The notes under the pieces: model-generated
Seen by the model: the letters and a program-made list of their open reading frames with translations, nothing else
Databases searched by the model: none
Told to the model about the DNA's origin: nothing
DNA from: the human T2T-CHM13v2.0 reference genome, Homo sapiens
DNA: 64,000 bases
Assembly (NCBI RefSeq): GCF_009914755.1
Contig: NC_060931.1
Direction: 5' to 3' (one strand)
Made by a program: the position numbers and the translations under genes
Shown: positions 13,251 to 26,957 of the stretch, one piece after another
Numbering within the stretch: position 1 is the stretch's first letter
Layout: each line of letters starts with the position of its first letter

Positions 13251-13609
13251 CTCTAAGGTTTTCTATACCTAAGTTAAAGGACACACACATAAAACAGTCA
13301 TAAGACATTTCCTTATGATGATAATTGGATTAGTCAATAATAAATTGGGTTGAGGAACAAACAATAAACTACAGTATTCACAGTAGAACTTAAAGATGGA
13401 TATATATTTTGTTTTCTTCTGATTCTTATACTCTTCTATTCTGATGATGAATATATTCCAAAGCAGCAATGATTCACCTCTGTTCAGAGAAGAGTACACA
13501 TGTAAAACCAGAATATTTAGCACTAATGTATTTTTAAAAGATAGCCAGCTAGGATATAATAACAAAAGCAGAAAGAGCTTCTGATCCTAGAGGTGAATAA
13601 ATCTGCAAG

Positions 13610-13742
13610 CCAGTGCATGCATGCAGTTTTGCAGGTTGTATAATGCATAACTGAAGGGGTCACCATTCACATTGTGGTCTAAATGAATGGCATCTTCTTG
13701 AATTTTATAGAGCACATCCTGCACAATTATAATGTACTGGGG
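13610..13742. mobile_element. MER91A-like palindromic hAT-Tip100 element
   Basis: gcaggttgtataatgcataactgaaggggtcaccattcacat...atgaatggcatcttcttgaattttatagagcacatcctgcac forms an imperfect inverted repeat. Confidence 0.7.
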
Positions 13743-16169
13743 CCATGGAAAACATCATGAGTATGATGGAAATGTAAAGAGTTTGTTCAGATAGGATAAC
13801 TGAGATCAAAGTGCTTCTTAAAACCTCATCTCTGTTCCATGAGATATATTTTGGTGACCATTGGAAGGATGTCCAGTTTTCACCTACTTCAGTAGCAGAT
13901 GTGGGGCAAAGAAAACCTTGATGCCAATTGACAGTCTGTAATATTTAGACAATCTAAAGCTTCTGGTCTGATAACATGGATAAAAACTACTCAAATCTCA
14001 TCCCTATTCTCTCCTCCCCCAGCGAATTAATTGCAGGATATTTCTTCCTTTATTATTTTAACTGAGCTTCCCAGTGACATCTATTTGAGAAAATAAGAAG
14101 TGGAAATGGCACTCACTGACAAGCACATTCTTAGACAGGGAGAAAATGAATTGGTATAATTTTACTTAAAAATATTCTCCATTAATGTTTTTCAACATGA
14201 TTAACATTTATGAAAACATTGATCTATATTATAGTAAATTACATACTGTACTTTAAAATGAGGACTGTGCTTTTGTTTACAAATTTCAACATGCTTTGCT
14301 ATCCTAGATGAAATCTGAATACATGAAAACTTGAGGGGCCTTATATATGTACCCATGTTTAATCCTGATGTGGCCCAAGGCTTCAACTGTTCTAATTTAT
14401 TGCAGCTCTTCTACACAGTTCTACAAGTAGCTTGGTGAGCTGACACATTTCTGTGTCTATGTGGGTTAATCTGAGCAAGAAAATGATTAGCCTGAAGTCT
14501 CTGGCTAAATCACTAACCATACTTTAATCCATTAGATGAGACCACCTCTCTACTTACATTTTAAATTGGGAAACATACAACGGCTGAGAAAACATAGGGC
14601 TTATGCTTTTTGATGAGCTAATATAGCCTAAATTGTCTTGGTAAACTCTTCATTGGCCCTTTGCCCATGAGAACTAAAAGGTTCAAGTGCCTAGTCAACT
14701 GGCTAAAAGGAAGTTTAGCATGTTTCTGGAAATTACAAAATAGCCAAGACCTGTGTTGTCACAACAGGGCAGCAAATATTCTCCACATTGAAAAAGGGAT
14801 GTTAAAAACAGGGCCACGAGTATGGGAAGAGAACGTACGTTCATGTAGATCAATTCTAGGGGAAAAAGAAATGTATTACTATAAATTGTTGGTAGTTATT
14901 TTCTAGCAATTCTTTGATATCAGGGAATGTATTTTTATTTGGAAACACTTTAAGCACTTGTATAAGCTTTCATTGTGTGTGTATGTGTCCACAACTGTAG
15001 CTATTCAAGAAATATCCTATGTTTTTATCCTCTTAATCAACTTCATTCTTCCTTCATGTTCCCATTGCTCCAACCTATCAGTAAATCTACTCTCAGATAT
15101 CTTACAGGCTTATTTCCTCTCTAAAGATTGTATAACAGCTAGGAAAATGTGAAAATAGCCTCTCATCTTAGTGTGTCATACTGTCACTGTGTATTCATGT
15201 GACACAAGCTTGCATTCTGATGCCATGTCCATGTGGGGCTGAGGAAACTTGTGGAGATTCATCCTGATATCTGCCTCCCCGGATGCATTCACATCTCTTT
15301 CAACTGATAATGTCTTTCCACCTCCTCAAAACTCTTCCAGGGAGCAGCTATGGTTCTACATTGTTCTTGAGACCCACCCACAGTAACCATCTTCTCTGCT
15401 TGGACCATCAGAATCTTTCCTATCTCTTTTCTTATGTTTTAAAGCTTCTCTTTCTTGGGGACACCTCATATCATCTCTTCTGGGAGCAGAAGTTATACAT
15501 TGTTGGCCAGAGGGTTGAATCTGGTTCACAGAATTGTTTGGCTCATAACATATTATGTTCTAAATTTTTCAACATTTGTTAAAGGTTTTAAAAAATAAGT
15601 GGATTCTACATAAACATGTGATTCTGAGACTATCTTCAAAGATTGGAGGATCAGACAACATTGGGCCAACTTATCCTCCTTATAAACCTTTTCACCTTTA
15701 GACAGGACATGCTCTTTCCAATCACCCAAGTCCCTGCCCAGTGTGCTTCATTTCTGGCCCCACAAGGCATTTGTGATTTGTCTTCTGATCTCTCATTCTC
15801 AACTGCTTCTATGTTGTACTCTGCAAAAAATCACACGGCCAGAATGAGGGAATGAACCTTACTACGTATGGGAAGTAGAATCTTACTATAGCTTACTAAA
15901 ATAGGGTGGCAAAATACAGGCAGATAGGCCAAATAATATGATATATATATGTATGTTATAGAAGATAGATCAATTGATTGACAGGTAGATAGAAGCAAGA
16001 AAAACTATAGACTTTGGGTAAGATCATTTCTGGTATACAATACCAACTAGTTGATAATTAATTTAATAATGCACATATTCAAAATAAAAACTTGCATATT
16101 AACTACAAAATGTAAATTCTCTTAAAACTTGGCTTTACTGAAATGAGCTATACAGACATAATATGTGTC

Positions 16170-16700
16170 CTTATAGAGACTACAGTCTATACTAAGAAAG
16201 ACTGTAAAGAGATGTGGAATCCACATAGGAAAATGTGTAATTAAAACACCAGTTGAAAAACATGATAGGGGTTATGACAGGGCTAAGTCCAAGGTGATAG
16301 ATAGTTTGTAGGAAGAAAAATTAACCAACCTTAAGGGAAGATTTGCCTGAGGAATTCATGTGTAAGCAACAACTGGAAGCATGTGAGACTCATATCCAGG
16401 TGAACAAGGAGGTGATGGTGGTTTCAGGAGGAGAAACAGCAAGTGCAAAAGTACAGCAAAAGGTGAGATGAAATCTAGTGCTTAAATCTACCTAGAAACC
16501 GTTCAGTATGGTTGCAGCACAGAATTTCAGGGCATGTGGGAGAAAAGGCATATTAGGCTTAATAAGGCAAGCAATACCTGGGCATATGACCTTATAAATC
16601 ATGTTAAAGAGTTTGAACTTACATAAGGGACTGTGGGTCCCCACTGAGATATTTTTTACAGTAAACAACATAATCAGATTTTTGATGTTGAGAAATCACA
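16170..16700 (-). mobile_element. L2 fragment
   Basis: gagaaacagcaagtgcaaaag; atgttaaagagtttgaactt; ataatcagattt. Confidence 0.6.
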
Positions 16701-17066
16701 TGAACCTGCTGAAATGTAGTTTCTATACCCATAAAATAGGAATAGTGTCGTATATCCTGGTTGCCTCATTGGATTGCTGCAAAGATCAAATCAAATAATA
16801 TATGCTAAAATTCAGCAAATTCTAATATGCAAGTAATATTATAATGCATAAAGTTTATTTATTGTTGCAACTATTTTTTGTAGAAAGTGTGTGAGCCAAT
16901 CTCTGATAGGCTAATAGATTGTACTACATGACAATGAGTAGTAAAGCACAACTCATATCAGTTATTAGCAAACATTCTATTAAGAAATGTGAAGAAAACC
17001 TAAGTATTAGGGTAAAAATGTATGAGATGGAATTTATAAATGTTGGCAATAACTTTTAATTAATCT

Positions 17067-17072
17067 TTTATT
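17067..17072 (-). terminator. Candidate polyadenylation signal AATAAA about 110 nt downstream of the putative terminal-exon stop
   Basis: tttatt on the plus strand at 17067-17072. Common by chance in AT-rich DNA. Confidence 0.3.
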
Positions 17073-17181
17073 ATACTGTTTCTCTTACTGGGAGTTGAAG
17101 AGGTTGATCATGTTTTCTTGCTGCCCAACACTTTTTAAGCAACTTCTATGTTTCAGGAATAGGAACCCTGCCTTTAGAGGG

Positions 17182-17737
17182 CTACAGAAGCTCTCTCCCT
17201 CTGCCTCCTTTGAGGTCAACATGTGATCCATCAGTATGTGATCCATCAACATATGATCCGATAGCACCTGATCCCTCAGACTGTAATCTATCAGAGTGTG
17301 AGTCATCGTGTGTGGGATCTTTCAAAGTGTAATCTGCCAACATATGACCTAAGCTTTGCCAGTCGGGTGCATTGGTGTGAGATGTTTGGAATGCAGTGGC
17401 TTGAAGAGGGAGATAACAGGCAGAAACAGTTCTGGCCAGGATGGCATGGAGACATTCTGTTCTCTGAGGGCATGGAGTCCGAAGTCCTAGGGGTAGCATC
17501 CTGTGCCCAGCTTCTCTGTGGTGAGGTGTTGGACTCATGCACAGAAGCAGAGACATTAAGGTTACCTGTGGGAATGCCAGGCAATGTACTTGGTGAGTGG
17601 TTCCTGGCTGTATGGCTTTTAAGCCTAATTATCTGTCCTTTGGAGAGATTTTGGGGGTAACTAATATCAGTAAACATGTTCCTTTTCTCCTCCCACAAAT
17701 GAGAGTGGATTCTGTGGTTTACAAGTAAAAATCCTGA
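17182..17737 (-). pseudogene. Putative terminal exon with a 1-nt frameshift inside a pentapeptide repeat
   Basis: Acceptor tttattttgacacatttatcag|TCA; frame open for 144 codons (SGFLLVNHRIHSHLWEEKR...RSYVGRLHFERSHTR*). The second frame continues DSHSDRLQSEGSGAIGSYVDGSHTDGSHVDLKGGRGRELL*. Confidence 0.55.
17216..17351. repeat. Degenerate 15-bp tandem repeat, about 9 units
   Basis: tcaacatgtgatcca / tcagtatgtgatcca / tcaacatatgatccg / atagcacctgatccc / tcagactgtaatcta ... Confidence 0.85.
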
Positions 17738-18089
17738 CTGATAAATGTGTCAAAATAAAACTGTTTTTTCATCTTAAGGTGGCAACCTTTTTTTACTCCT
17801 TTATTGTACTTGGGAACCAGGGCACACAAACCATGAGGATGAGTATATAAATGTGGAACAAAAGAGGGGAAGGAAATGGATTCCAATACTCTATCTTCAA
17901 AGTGAACTAAAAAAATGTAAAATGAATAATCCCCAAAATTATATATGACTTGTCAGCACAATTTCTCATTTGAACCTTGAACCAGCATCTACAGAACTTT
18001 GTAGATGAACTTCTATAGAAGTTTGTTTGTAAAGCTCTACTCTATGATATTCTCAGTAAAGTTTTACAGTGATTAAATATGCAAGCTTT

Positions 18090-18260
18090 TATATGAGTTC
18101 TGGGTCCAGATTGTTGCTCCTTAAGTTATTAATTGTGTGACTTTGAAAAAAGTATTTAATCTGTATAAGCACCTGTCTCTCCAGTAAAATAAAACAAAAT
18201 ATCCAGTGAGAGAGTATATTCAACACATTTAGTGCTATGCTTGGCCCAAGACAGACCTTT
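18090..18260 (+). mobile_element. MIR
   Basis: gagttctgggtccagattg...tgtgtgactttg...atttaatctgtataagc...ttagtgctatgcttggc. Confidence 0.6.
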
Positions 18261-20084
18261 AATAGTTGCTAGTACTGCTAACAATTAAAATAAAACATTT
18301 ACTTGAGCTTGAAAAAATATTTCAGGGATGGAACAGGAATAGTGGGGACTAGTATTCGGGTTTTTAAACTGCTGGTGGAAGTGCAGTATTAGAAGGCCTT
18401 AAAAACTTGAAGAAAACAAAGACCAGTCTAGGATAAAGAAGTATATTCTACTTAATCTTCATGTTTGAAGTAGGAGGCAGGAAGGATTAATGGGGGTTCA
18501 ACTTCTACTTCAAACAGTTTCCCTCCCTTTTGCTGGGTTGCAAGGGATTGTAAACAGCCTCAATTTCTCCCTCTTTATACATCTTCTTCCCTCTTTCTTC
18601 TGTGTTATGCATTGATATTTCTTTATGTTTGTGTGTACACATATACTAGTATTTCTGTATTGAGTAAAATAATTCAAAACGAGAATAGTTGCATTAATTT
18701 TACGACAGTTAAAGGAACCGGCTTTATTGGTTCCATTCTTCATTTTTCTGCATTCTAGCCTTCTCGCTTTGGTTTTGAAATATAGAAGTACTAGGTAGCC
18801 TCTGTATCTAGCTTGATTCTTTATTCACTGAAAACACAGCTAGTGTTTTTTCAGTCCTATATGAGTGCTCCAAGAGTTGTTAGAAATAAACAAAAGAATA
18901 TTCATAGCCTCCTGGAAATAGCTAGTTTTTTTTTTTTTCATTTATCCTTTTTACTTTCTTCCTTTTGGATTCTCCTCTTCTTTCCACTCCATCTCTTAAT
19001 TGGCTTGCTTCTTGGTAGCCTATATATTCTATACAATGACTTACTAAATTACTGGAGTAATATCGACATACTTGCATACATCGTTTCTCTTTTTTCCTGT
19101 AGGGCACATGTCTCAAACAGAATATAATTATAGCTAGATGCTGAGTGGGAAACAAGCAGTCCTTATATATTGAGGACATGAGTATAAGCCTGAGTAACTA
19201 TTACTACTGATAGAAAAAAAAAAAACGCCAAATTTAAAAAACCATCACCATTCATCAATTTTTAAATTGTATCTCATGTTTAAACATTTATTTGCTTCAA
19301 ATGAATAATTAAAGTCAGTCCCATCTCCCCCTAAACCAAAATTAAGTAGCATTGAAATTCCTTTTCATAGAGAGATATATACGACAAGATTGGGTATTTG
19401 GAAAGATACAGACACTGCTTGCAACTATAAAAACAAGATCAAAACATTTGGATGCCCTTTCTCCACTTCAGTAGGACAGCAACTACACAAGGCTATTCTC
19501 TGGAGTAATGATCTTGTCTCCTTCCAAAGGTTTTTTTATCCTATATTCAGGAGGTCATATGCAGTCTTCAGCTGCACAGAGCTCCACTCCTATTAATTTA
19601 AAATGGGGGCTCCAGAGGTTCACATTCAGCAAAATCTGCCCCTTAAGAGGTAAGCTTTACCAATCTCCCATTTGAAGAAAAAAAGAAGCGTTTATCTTTG
19701 GAAAAAATAACCTACTTAAATAGTCTATCTTCCCTAACAAGAAATAAAGAAAAACTTCAGACATAAGTTAATAAAATATCCTTTTGATTAAACAGAGTTC
19801 ACTTTATTTTCATGTTTTGGCAACACTGTTTTAGTGGATTTGCATGGGGGGGCTCTGGTATTGTTATTTTATCATTATATTATCATTTTGTTAAGCTATC
19901 TGGCAAATTGAAAAGGTTATTCACCCTATGGCTGTCTTTTTTTTTTTAATGTTGAGCATTCATTGAAAAGAATGAAAGAAATCTGGTTGAATATGCAGGT
20001 GCACTAATAAATGGGTGGTCTTTGGATTACAGTATTTATGTGTACTGTGGCAAAGCTGAACAGAAACCTAAATGTTATACATAC

Positions 20085-20402
20085 AAAGTGGTACAACAAG
20101 AACATCTGTGTTGGGGGGATTGAACTGGCATGGCTAACACCTCCAGTGCCAGGTGCAAAGGAAATTTCAATACAGCTTGAGTAATCTTGACTGCTAGCAT
20201 CTGCCTGCATCAGATTATCTCCTATGTTCCTAGTCCACCACTATCCATTAGAGTATTTATATGATACATCTGGTGGTGCAATGGCCAAGCAAGAAGCAGC
20301 AATGCCTCCGTTACTGGGGGCAAATGCCTGACTCTTTAACTCAATACAAAGGCAAACAGGAATTCATTTCAGGCCCACAGGCAGCCAGCCAACTCTTCAA
20401 GA
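20085..20402 (-). pseudogene. Putative decayed exon (318 nt, phase 2-2)
   Basis: atcttctaattag|...|gtatgt; translates LEELAGCLWA*NEFLFAFVLS*RVRHLPPVTEALLLLAWPLHHQMYHINTLMDSGGLGT*EII*CRQMLAVKITQAVLKFPLHLALEVLAMP... Confidence 0.35.
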
Positions 20403-20689
20403 CTAATTAGAAGATAGCACTCCAGTGTGATGGCTGCTTTGTCCTTTCAGTTTAGTTACTTACATATCCATGTGCACAATCTGCAGACATTTAACTTTTC
20501 ATTTTAAAATCCTATTTCTAAATATCATTTCCAGGAAAATAACAGGGTTTTAATATGTTGCCAGAATCACAACAGAGCTTTAATGTGACTTGGCTCAATC
20601 CAAAGTCTCAACATGCACCTGATTTTCAGAATGAATCAATGTGGTCGGGTGAGAATGGTGGAGATCATCAGTCCATTAGTCTCCGCAAC

Positions 20690-21870
20690 ATCAAATCTCA
20701 CATGTCCAACAACACAAAGATTATGTCCCTCTCTTCAAGTCTTCAAATCTTTCTCACCTCAAGAGATGACTGTGTCACCTAATGCAGAGAAAATCAGTGG
20801 GATTGCTTTAGCAGTCTGCCATCTAAGAATCTACATAAACCAGCACCTACCTTTCCTCTCTGCTTCCTGTTACCATAGATGTGTGACACCTCTGTCTTTG
20901 ACTTTATAAAGCAAACCCATCTCTTCCTGCTTTATACACCCACATTTCCCTGATTTTTGCATGCACTCCCCCTCTCCACTGTATCCTTGCCATCTGAATA
21001 TATTGATCCACTTGCAATCCTCTTCAAAGAAAACCTCTGTAGATGTTATGTTCCCCTACAGCTATCACCTTCCCCAGGGTGAAGGTGTTCTTTCACAATC
21101 AAACATCTTTATAGGTTTCTTCACTGTGTTCTCCTACTCACCTCTCAAACTGTTCAAATCTGGCTCCTTTCCTCAACATTTCATGAGACTGTATCATATA
21201 AATTGTATAGGTCCCATATCTTCACGCTGCTAAAATCAAAGGGCTTCATCATCCTAATAGCTATTCCTGCAGTATTTGAAACGTGTGACCATTACTTCCT
21301 CATGAAGTCTCTTTCCTTAGCCTCTATGTGATATTTACTCTCATGTTTTGTGATTTTACTCTCATGTTTTGTGATATTTACTCTCATGTTTTGTGATATT
21401 TACTCTCATGTTTTGTGTTCCTCTACATCTCTGGACACTTATTCCTAGCCTTCTTTGGCCTCCCTTTCCACCATATTCAACAATTCAAGGATGGAATTAT
21501 GCAGGGATTTGTCCTGAGTCATCTCTTCACTATACTTTTTCCTTAGAAATTCTCATTCACCAATACGGCTTCAATTGCCATCATCTTGCAGATGAGCTAC
21601 ACATTTTAATCCCCAGCTTAGAGTAAATCAGTTTCCTAAACTTCAAGCCCTAGCATCAAATCATTCATTCAACATCTGAATCTAATACTTCTGAATCTAA
21701 CTCATCGTTCTCTTTGCCACCAAAATACTTTTTTTTCTAAAGTACCTAGTCCTTCCAAATTTCACCACCATCCATCTAACTGATTAAGCTAGATAATTCA
21801 CCATTTTTGACATCTCTGTCTTGTTCCTTTTCCAAATCGATCAATTAGTAAGTATTGCCAATTAACTTTT
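20690..21870 (+). mobile_element. L2 element
   Basis: Pyrimidine-rich L2 ORF2 remnants (atttgaaacgtgtgaccatt, ggcttcaattgccatcatcttgcagatga, caccaccatccatcta). Confidence 0.7.
21328..21417. repeat. 22-bp minisatellite, 4 copies, inside L2
   Basis: (gtgatatttactctcatgtttt)x4, one copy with a 1-nt deletion. Confidence 0.95.
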
Positions 21871-22362
21871 AAAAACGTAAACATTATACATGACTATGTA
21901 CTTTATAAAAAATGGCAATAATTGTCCTTTCATCATCACTCCTAATCCTTGGGCATCTTTCTTTACACAGAGGTAATACTAATTATGAAATATATTCATT
22001 CAAATTTTTGTCTATTCTTATACTCATATATGTACCAGTTCAATTTGAAATATATCAGTTTTGTATATCAATTTTTATAAAAAAATGGTAACACATTCTA
22101 AAATTTGATTTATTCAGACAAAAACATGTCCTGGAAAGCTATTTTCGTATATATATCAATTTGATTCATTTTAATTAATGCCCAAAATACCACAGTATAT
22201 ATATCCCTCTGTTAGAGTTTCTTCTATTTAAAGTTGCGCTTTCTCATTTTTTCTGTTAACAATGCTGCAATGAATATATTCAAGCATGGCTCCTTATATG
22301 AATGATTCTCAAGATAGAGAAATAGAGATTGAAAAGATATTGACATATTACATTCCCAAGTG

Positions 22363-22760
22363 GTACTGGGAGAAAATTCTCCATGGATTTGTCACTTTTC
22401 TGTATGTCTGGGAAGCAAAGCATCGTCTGTCATTTATTCCATAATATCTTTTAAAAAGATGTAGAGTGAACAGCCTTGGAAAACAACATGTCTCCCTCTG
22501 GAGCAAGGGGAAGGTATGCTAACTCTTCAGTATAATAGCATTTCCCCTAAGCTTGGAGTTCTTCTCCTATGATGCAAACCATTGCAGAAGCAGGTGTTAC
22601 CTGGCCCCCTTAGTGTCATCCTGTGGGAACTGGGACTTCAGGAACTAGTGCAAAAATGCTGATTATTCTGGTTGCTGTTATTGCTCTGAGTAATAAACTA
22701 AATTTATCTCTGGCCCAGGATTCTCATGCCTTCCACCAGCTTTCACAGAACTGTGGTGAC
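22363..22760 (+). mobile_element. ERVL LTR (LTR40-like) inserted in an old L1 fragment
   Basis: gggagaaaattctccatgg...gtgaacagccttggaa...tgtctccctctggagcaaggg...gagtaataaac. Confidence 0.7.
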
Positions 22761-24489
22761 GGTGATACAGTTTACCCTCTCATCATACAAGTCTGAACAA
22801 TATCAGCTTCTTCACATTACAGCCAATAAGTGATAGTAATAAATGTTTCTTTTTTTCCAAATAAAATAAAAGAAAAAAGGTATCTTATTTCAGTTTGCAT
22901 TTCCCTAGTTATTAGTATAGTGAGGTTTTACATGTTGCGTTCTCTCTCTTTCCTTCTTCCTCTTTTTCTCTCTTGCCATTTATCTCTTCCCAAGTACTCC
23001 TTATACTTTCACTTTTGTTCATCTCTGATGCCACCATCCTAGTTCAAAGTAGCTGCAATTATTTCCTAACCGGTCTCCCCAAGTCTACTCAGCCTCCCTC
23101 AAACACAGATCTGATCACATGGCTTCCTTCCTTAAAAACACTTGGTCTTTCCAATTGTCTTTAGGATAAAACTTGAAACCCTTGACAGGGCCTACATGCT
23201 CGGGATAATCTTGTCTCTAGCTCTATTTGTTGACACTCTTGTCTTCATTTTCAACTTACATTTAGCATTTAACTTTCTTGGATATGGCACGCTCTTTCTT
23301 CTTTTGGGGATTTCATTCATTTAGAAAAAAAATTCCATGTGCTATTTCAAATTAATGTTTTTTAACAAAGAAAAATTTAATGTTTAGGAAATAAGGAGAA
23401 AAAATCTGCTTTGGTTGTAAACTGCAATGAAAAGAAAAGAAAAAGTTTAGGCAGAAAATATATGTAAATATTATATGGTACTTATTTCTGGATAAGGGGA
23501 TAAATGCATTTTCTTATTTTAGTTATTTTAATTTTCTCTATTCTTTCTTTCTCCAACAAACATATTTTGCTCTATTAATTAGAAAAAATAATCTTAAAAA
23601 ACTGCTTTTTTGGCCTCTATCCTGCTCTCTCCTATTACATAATTACAACAAAGCAAGTAATGAAGTTTCAAAAGGAAAAGTTTAGGAAGAAAATATATAA
23701 TTTCACCCACAAAATGTAGCACAATTTCAAAAATACCAAATGAAAACTAAATGCCCAAACAGCTTCTTTGTCATCACCTAAGCTAATTTCAAATGAATAA
23801 GACTAAGGGAATACAGTACTGAATTGAGAAGGCCAATGCCTGCCTCACCAGTTTTAGAGTCAGAGTCACACAGTACTGTCCTGACTTCCATTCGCTCCTC
23901 CCTCCTTCTCCCACTCCATTGCTTCTCCTCCCACTCAACATTTAGTAAGCACTGTCTATGTGCAGTGAAGTGAAAGTCCAAGAAGTTCATGCTGAAATAG
24001 AGGAGCTGATCTGTAAGTACCTACACTCATCCTGATGGCAAATGAACAGACAAAAGCATGAACGCAATGATTATGACCGGAGGCAGCAGTTGAGTGGTCT
24101 TGAGAAAAGCATGGACTCTTGCCTGGTGGCTGAGAGATGTAGTGAGATTTCTCATACAGAATAAACAGGAAGAATATGGCAATCTAGGGCAAATATAAAC
24201 AATCCCATAAGAAAGGAACCTGTAGTATAGGCATGCATGTGAGTCAAGGTGATTAATGATGAACCTGGGAGAAAATTAAGGTTTTCGAGCCACATTAGTC
24301 TCAAGGGTAAAAAAGAGGCAATGTATTTATAAAGTGCCCCACAAAATGCAGGGCCCCATAGTAAGCATAAATATTATTCATTCTTCCTCTCCCATCTCTT
24401 GCACGTACACTCCCTTTCAAATTTCATAAAAGTCTATGTCATGTAGATGTATTCCAAATAATAATAAAGATGGTAATAATAGTAAAAAT

Positions 24490-24710
24490 AACCACTAATC
24501 TATAATAAGTACAATTAGCATACAAATGTTTTACACGTTTTATCTCATTCAATCTTCAATTACTCTCATAAGGTGGCTACTGGTATTACCTTCATTTTGC
24601 CGATGAGGAAACCGAGACACAGAGTTAAGTAACTGGCCTAATTAAATTAATTCATGGTTGAGGTAGGATTTGCCATCAGCCATTCTGATTTAGGATTGGA
24701 GCTCCAAGAT
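24490..24710 (-). mobile_element. MIR
   Basis: tctcattcaatcttcaa...cattttgccgatgaggaaaccgagacacagagttaagtaact. Confidence 0.8.
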
Positions 24711-25362
24711 AATAACAGTAACTAGAAGTGTAATTAGTAACCAGTGTTATTTCTCTGTGCAATGAAATTATATGCAAATGGAAAAAGACAAGATTTGAAA
24801 GGTATGCATTTTATTCACAAAAGTCAAACATTAAAAAAATTTATTTATACAATGTTAAGCATGTTTCTCTCTGTATGTTTGCCACTTTGTATATATGGCC
24901 TGGATATTATTTCTTTAAGCAGATTAATTTTCAGATTCATTCACAAACAGTTACAAACCTCTTACTATATACCAAGTTTTATGTTAGAACTTTAAAGAGT
25001 TGAAAACAAGCAGATAACATTCTTGCCTTCCTGGAGTTTATGGCCTAATGAGTATAACAAATTTAAAACAAAAATGAAGATATACGATTGTAAAATATAA
25101 CAAATGCCATTAAGGAAATAATATGAACACGTTATGAAATAGAACAAGAAGAAGAAATAATTTAAATTTTTTCTACTTTAACTTTTTAATCTGGACAGAA
25201 GTGGAGATAAGGAATGTGGTTAGAGAAGAAATAAAATGACACTGGTAAATATCAGTAACTATTACTCAACTCTCAGCCATGTCTAAGTTTTTTTGGACTT
25301 TCAAGGTCACACTAGTGTACTGTTATATGTCATGAGTAATAAATTTGGTTTAAATATTATTA

Positions 25363-25791
<429 letters not shown>

Positions 25792-26717
25792 TTAAAATAA
25801 CTTAAAGGTCTTTTAAAGGACTTACACCAATGTGTTGGTAATCACTGTCTTCAGTAGATAGAATTATGAATGATTTTTTGTTTCTTTCCAACAATTTATT
25901 TTCTATACAGTTTATCAGTTTTTATGTAGTACACTGAACAAGAAAAATGTACAAATATATAGTTTTAAAAGTTTTTCTGAACCTCTAAGCTAGGATCTTG
26001 TTTCATCTCACACACTGAATGAAACTTTATGAATTGAGAAAGCCACTTCATTCCCTGGCCTTCACATCAAATGACAAGAGAAAGGGCCAGACAGTCTAGT
26101 CTCTAAGGAACTCCTAGAGATCCAGAGTGTATCTAAAGCAGATGCCTAAGTATTCTAAAGTCCTATTTATTTATTAAAATTTTAAAGTGAGAATAATTCA
26201 GTTTTATCTATAAGTAATATTTTTTCAGTAATACTTTTTATAATTGTGAACAATTGTTCACTACTTTCCTCTACCTTTATTTGAATTTAATGTTTGGATT
26301 TTTGTTTGCTTCCTTGGGACGTGGGTTTTTTTCCTAGACTTCAAATCTCTGAAGCCAGTACCTTATTCCAGTTGCAATCTGTATAATTTCACTTTTTCCA
26401 TTTTTAGTAACATTAAAGAAAAAAATCATCACAAATCATTCTTGGTTGTTTATCTGGACAAGTGTTCTCAACTATTCCAAAGCTCTAAGACCACTGTAAA
26501 CTTTTGAAATGAGTAATTATACCAGGTTTATATAAAAGTCATATGCTGACCAGTTACACGGGAAATTAAAAAAAAAACTAGAACGTACATGAGAAGGAGA
26601 AGAACAGGCCTCAAAACAAGCTAAAAGTGAGATGCAAGTGAAAAAAAAAATCATACGTCCACATATAGACCTGTATGAATATTTTCCACATGGAGCTCAA
26701 ACTATCTAGTCCCTTAC

Positions 26718-26957
26718 GCTTTCCCTGTGAGGTCACCATGGGCTTAATGAATGTACCGGTGCTTGATAGAAAGTTAGGCTCTCCTCAAGACAGGTGACTC
26801 TCCATCTTTCTCACTTTTTATCTTTTCTTTCTTTGTCCATTGAAGTCTAGATGGTGTCCCTCTATTGCGTCTGAATCCATGGTCCTGTCCATACTTTTGT
26901 AATAATAAATACCTTTGTAAATAAACCCTTCTGAGGACATCCTAACTTGTTTGTTTC
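26718..26957 (-). pseudogene. Putative decayed exon (240 nt, phase 2-2)
   Basis: cctactag|...|gtaagg; KQTS*DVLRRVYLQRYLLLQKYGQDHGFRRNRGTPSRLQWTKKEKIKSEKDGESPVLRRA*... The acceptor pyrimidine tract is weak. Confidence 0.35.

Noticed and set aside
17298-17660. Plus-strand 120-aa ORF
   Set aside because: Antisense shadow of the minus-strand candidate exon; no supporting start or splice context.
21328-21417. CRISPR-like array
   Set aside because: Head-to-tail repeats without spacers in primate DNA; it is a simple minisatellite.
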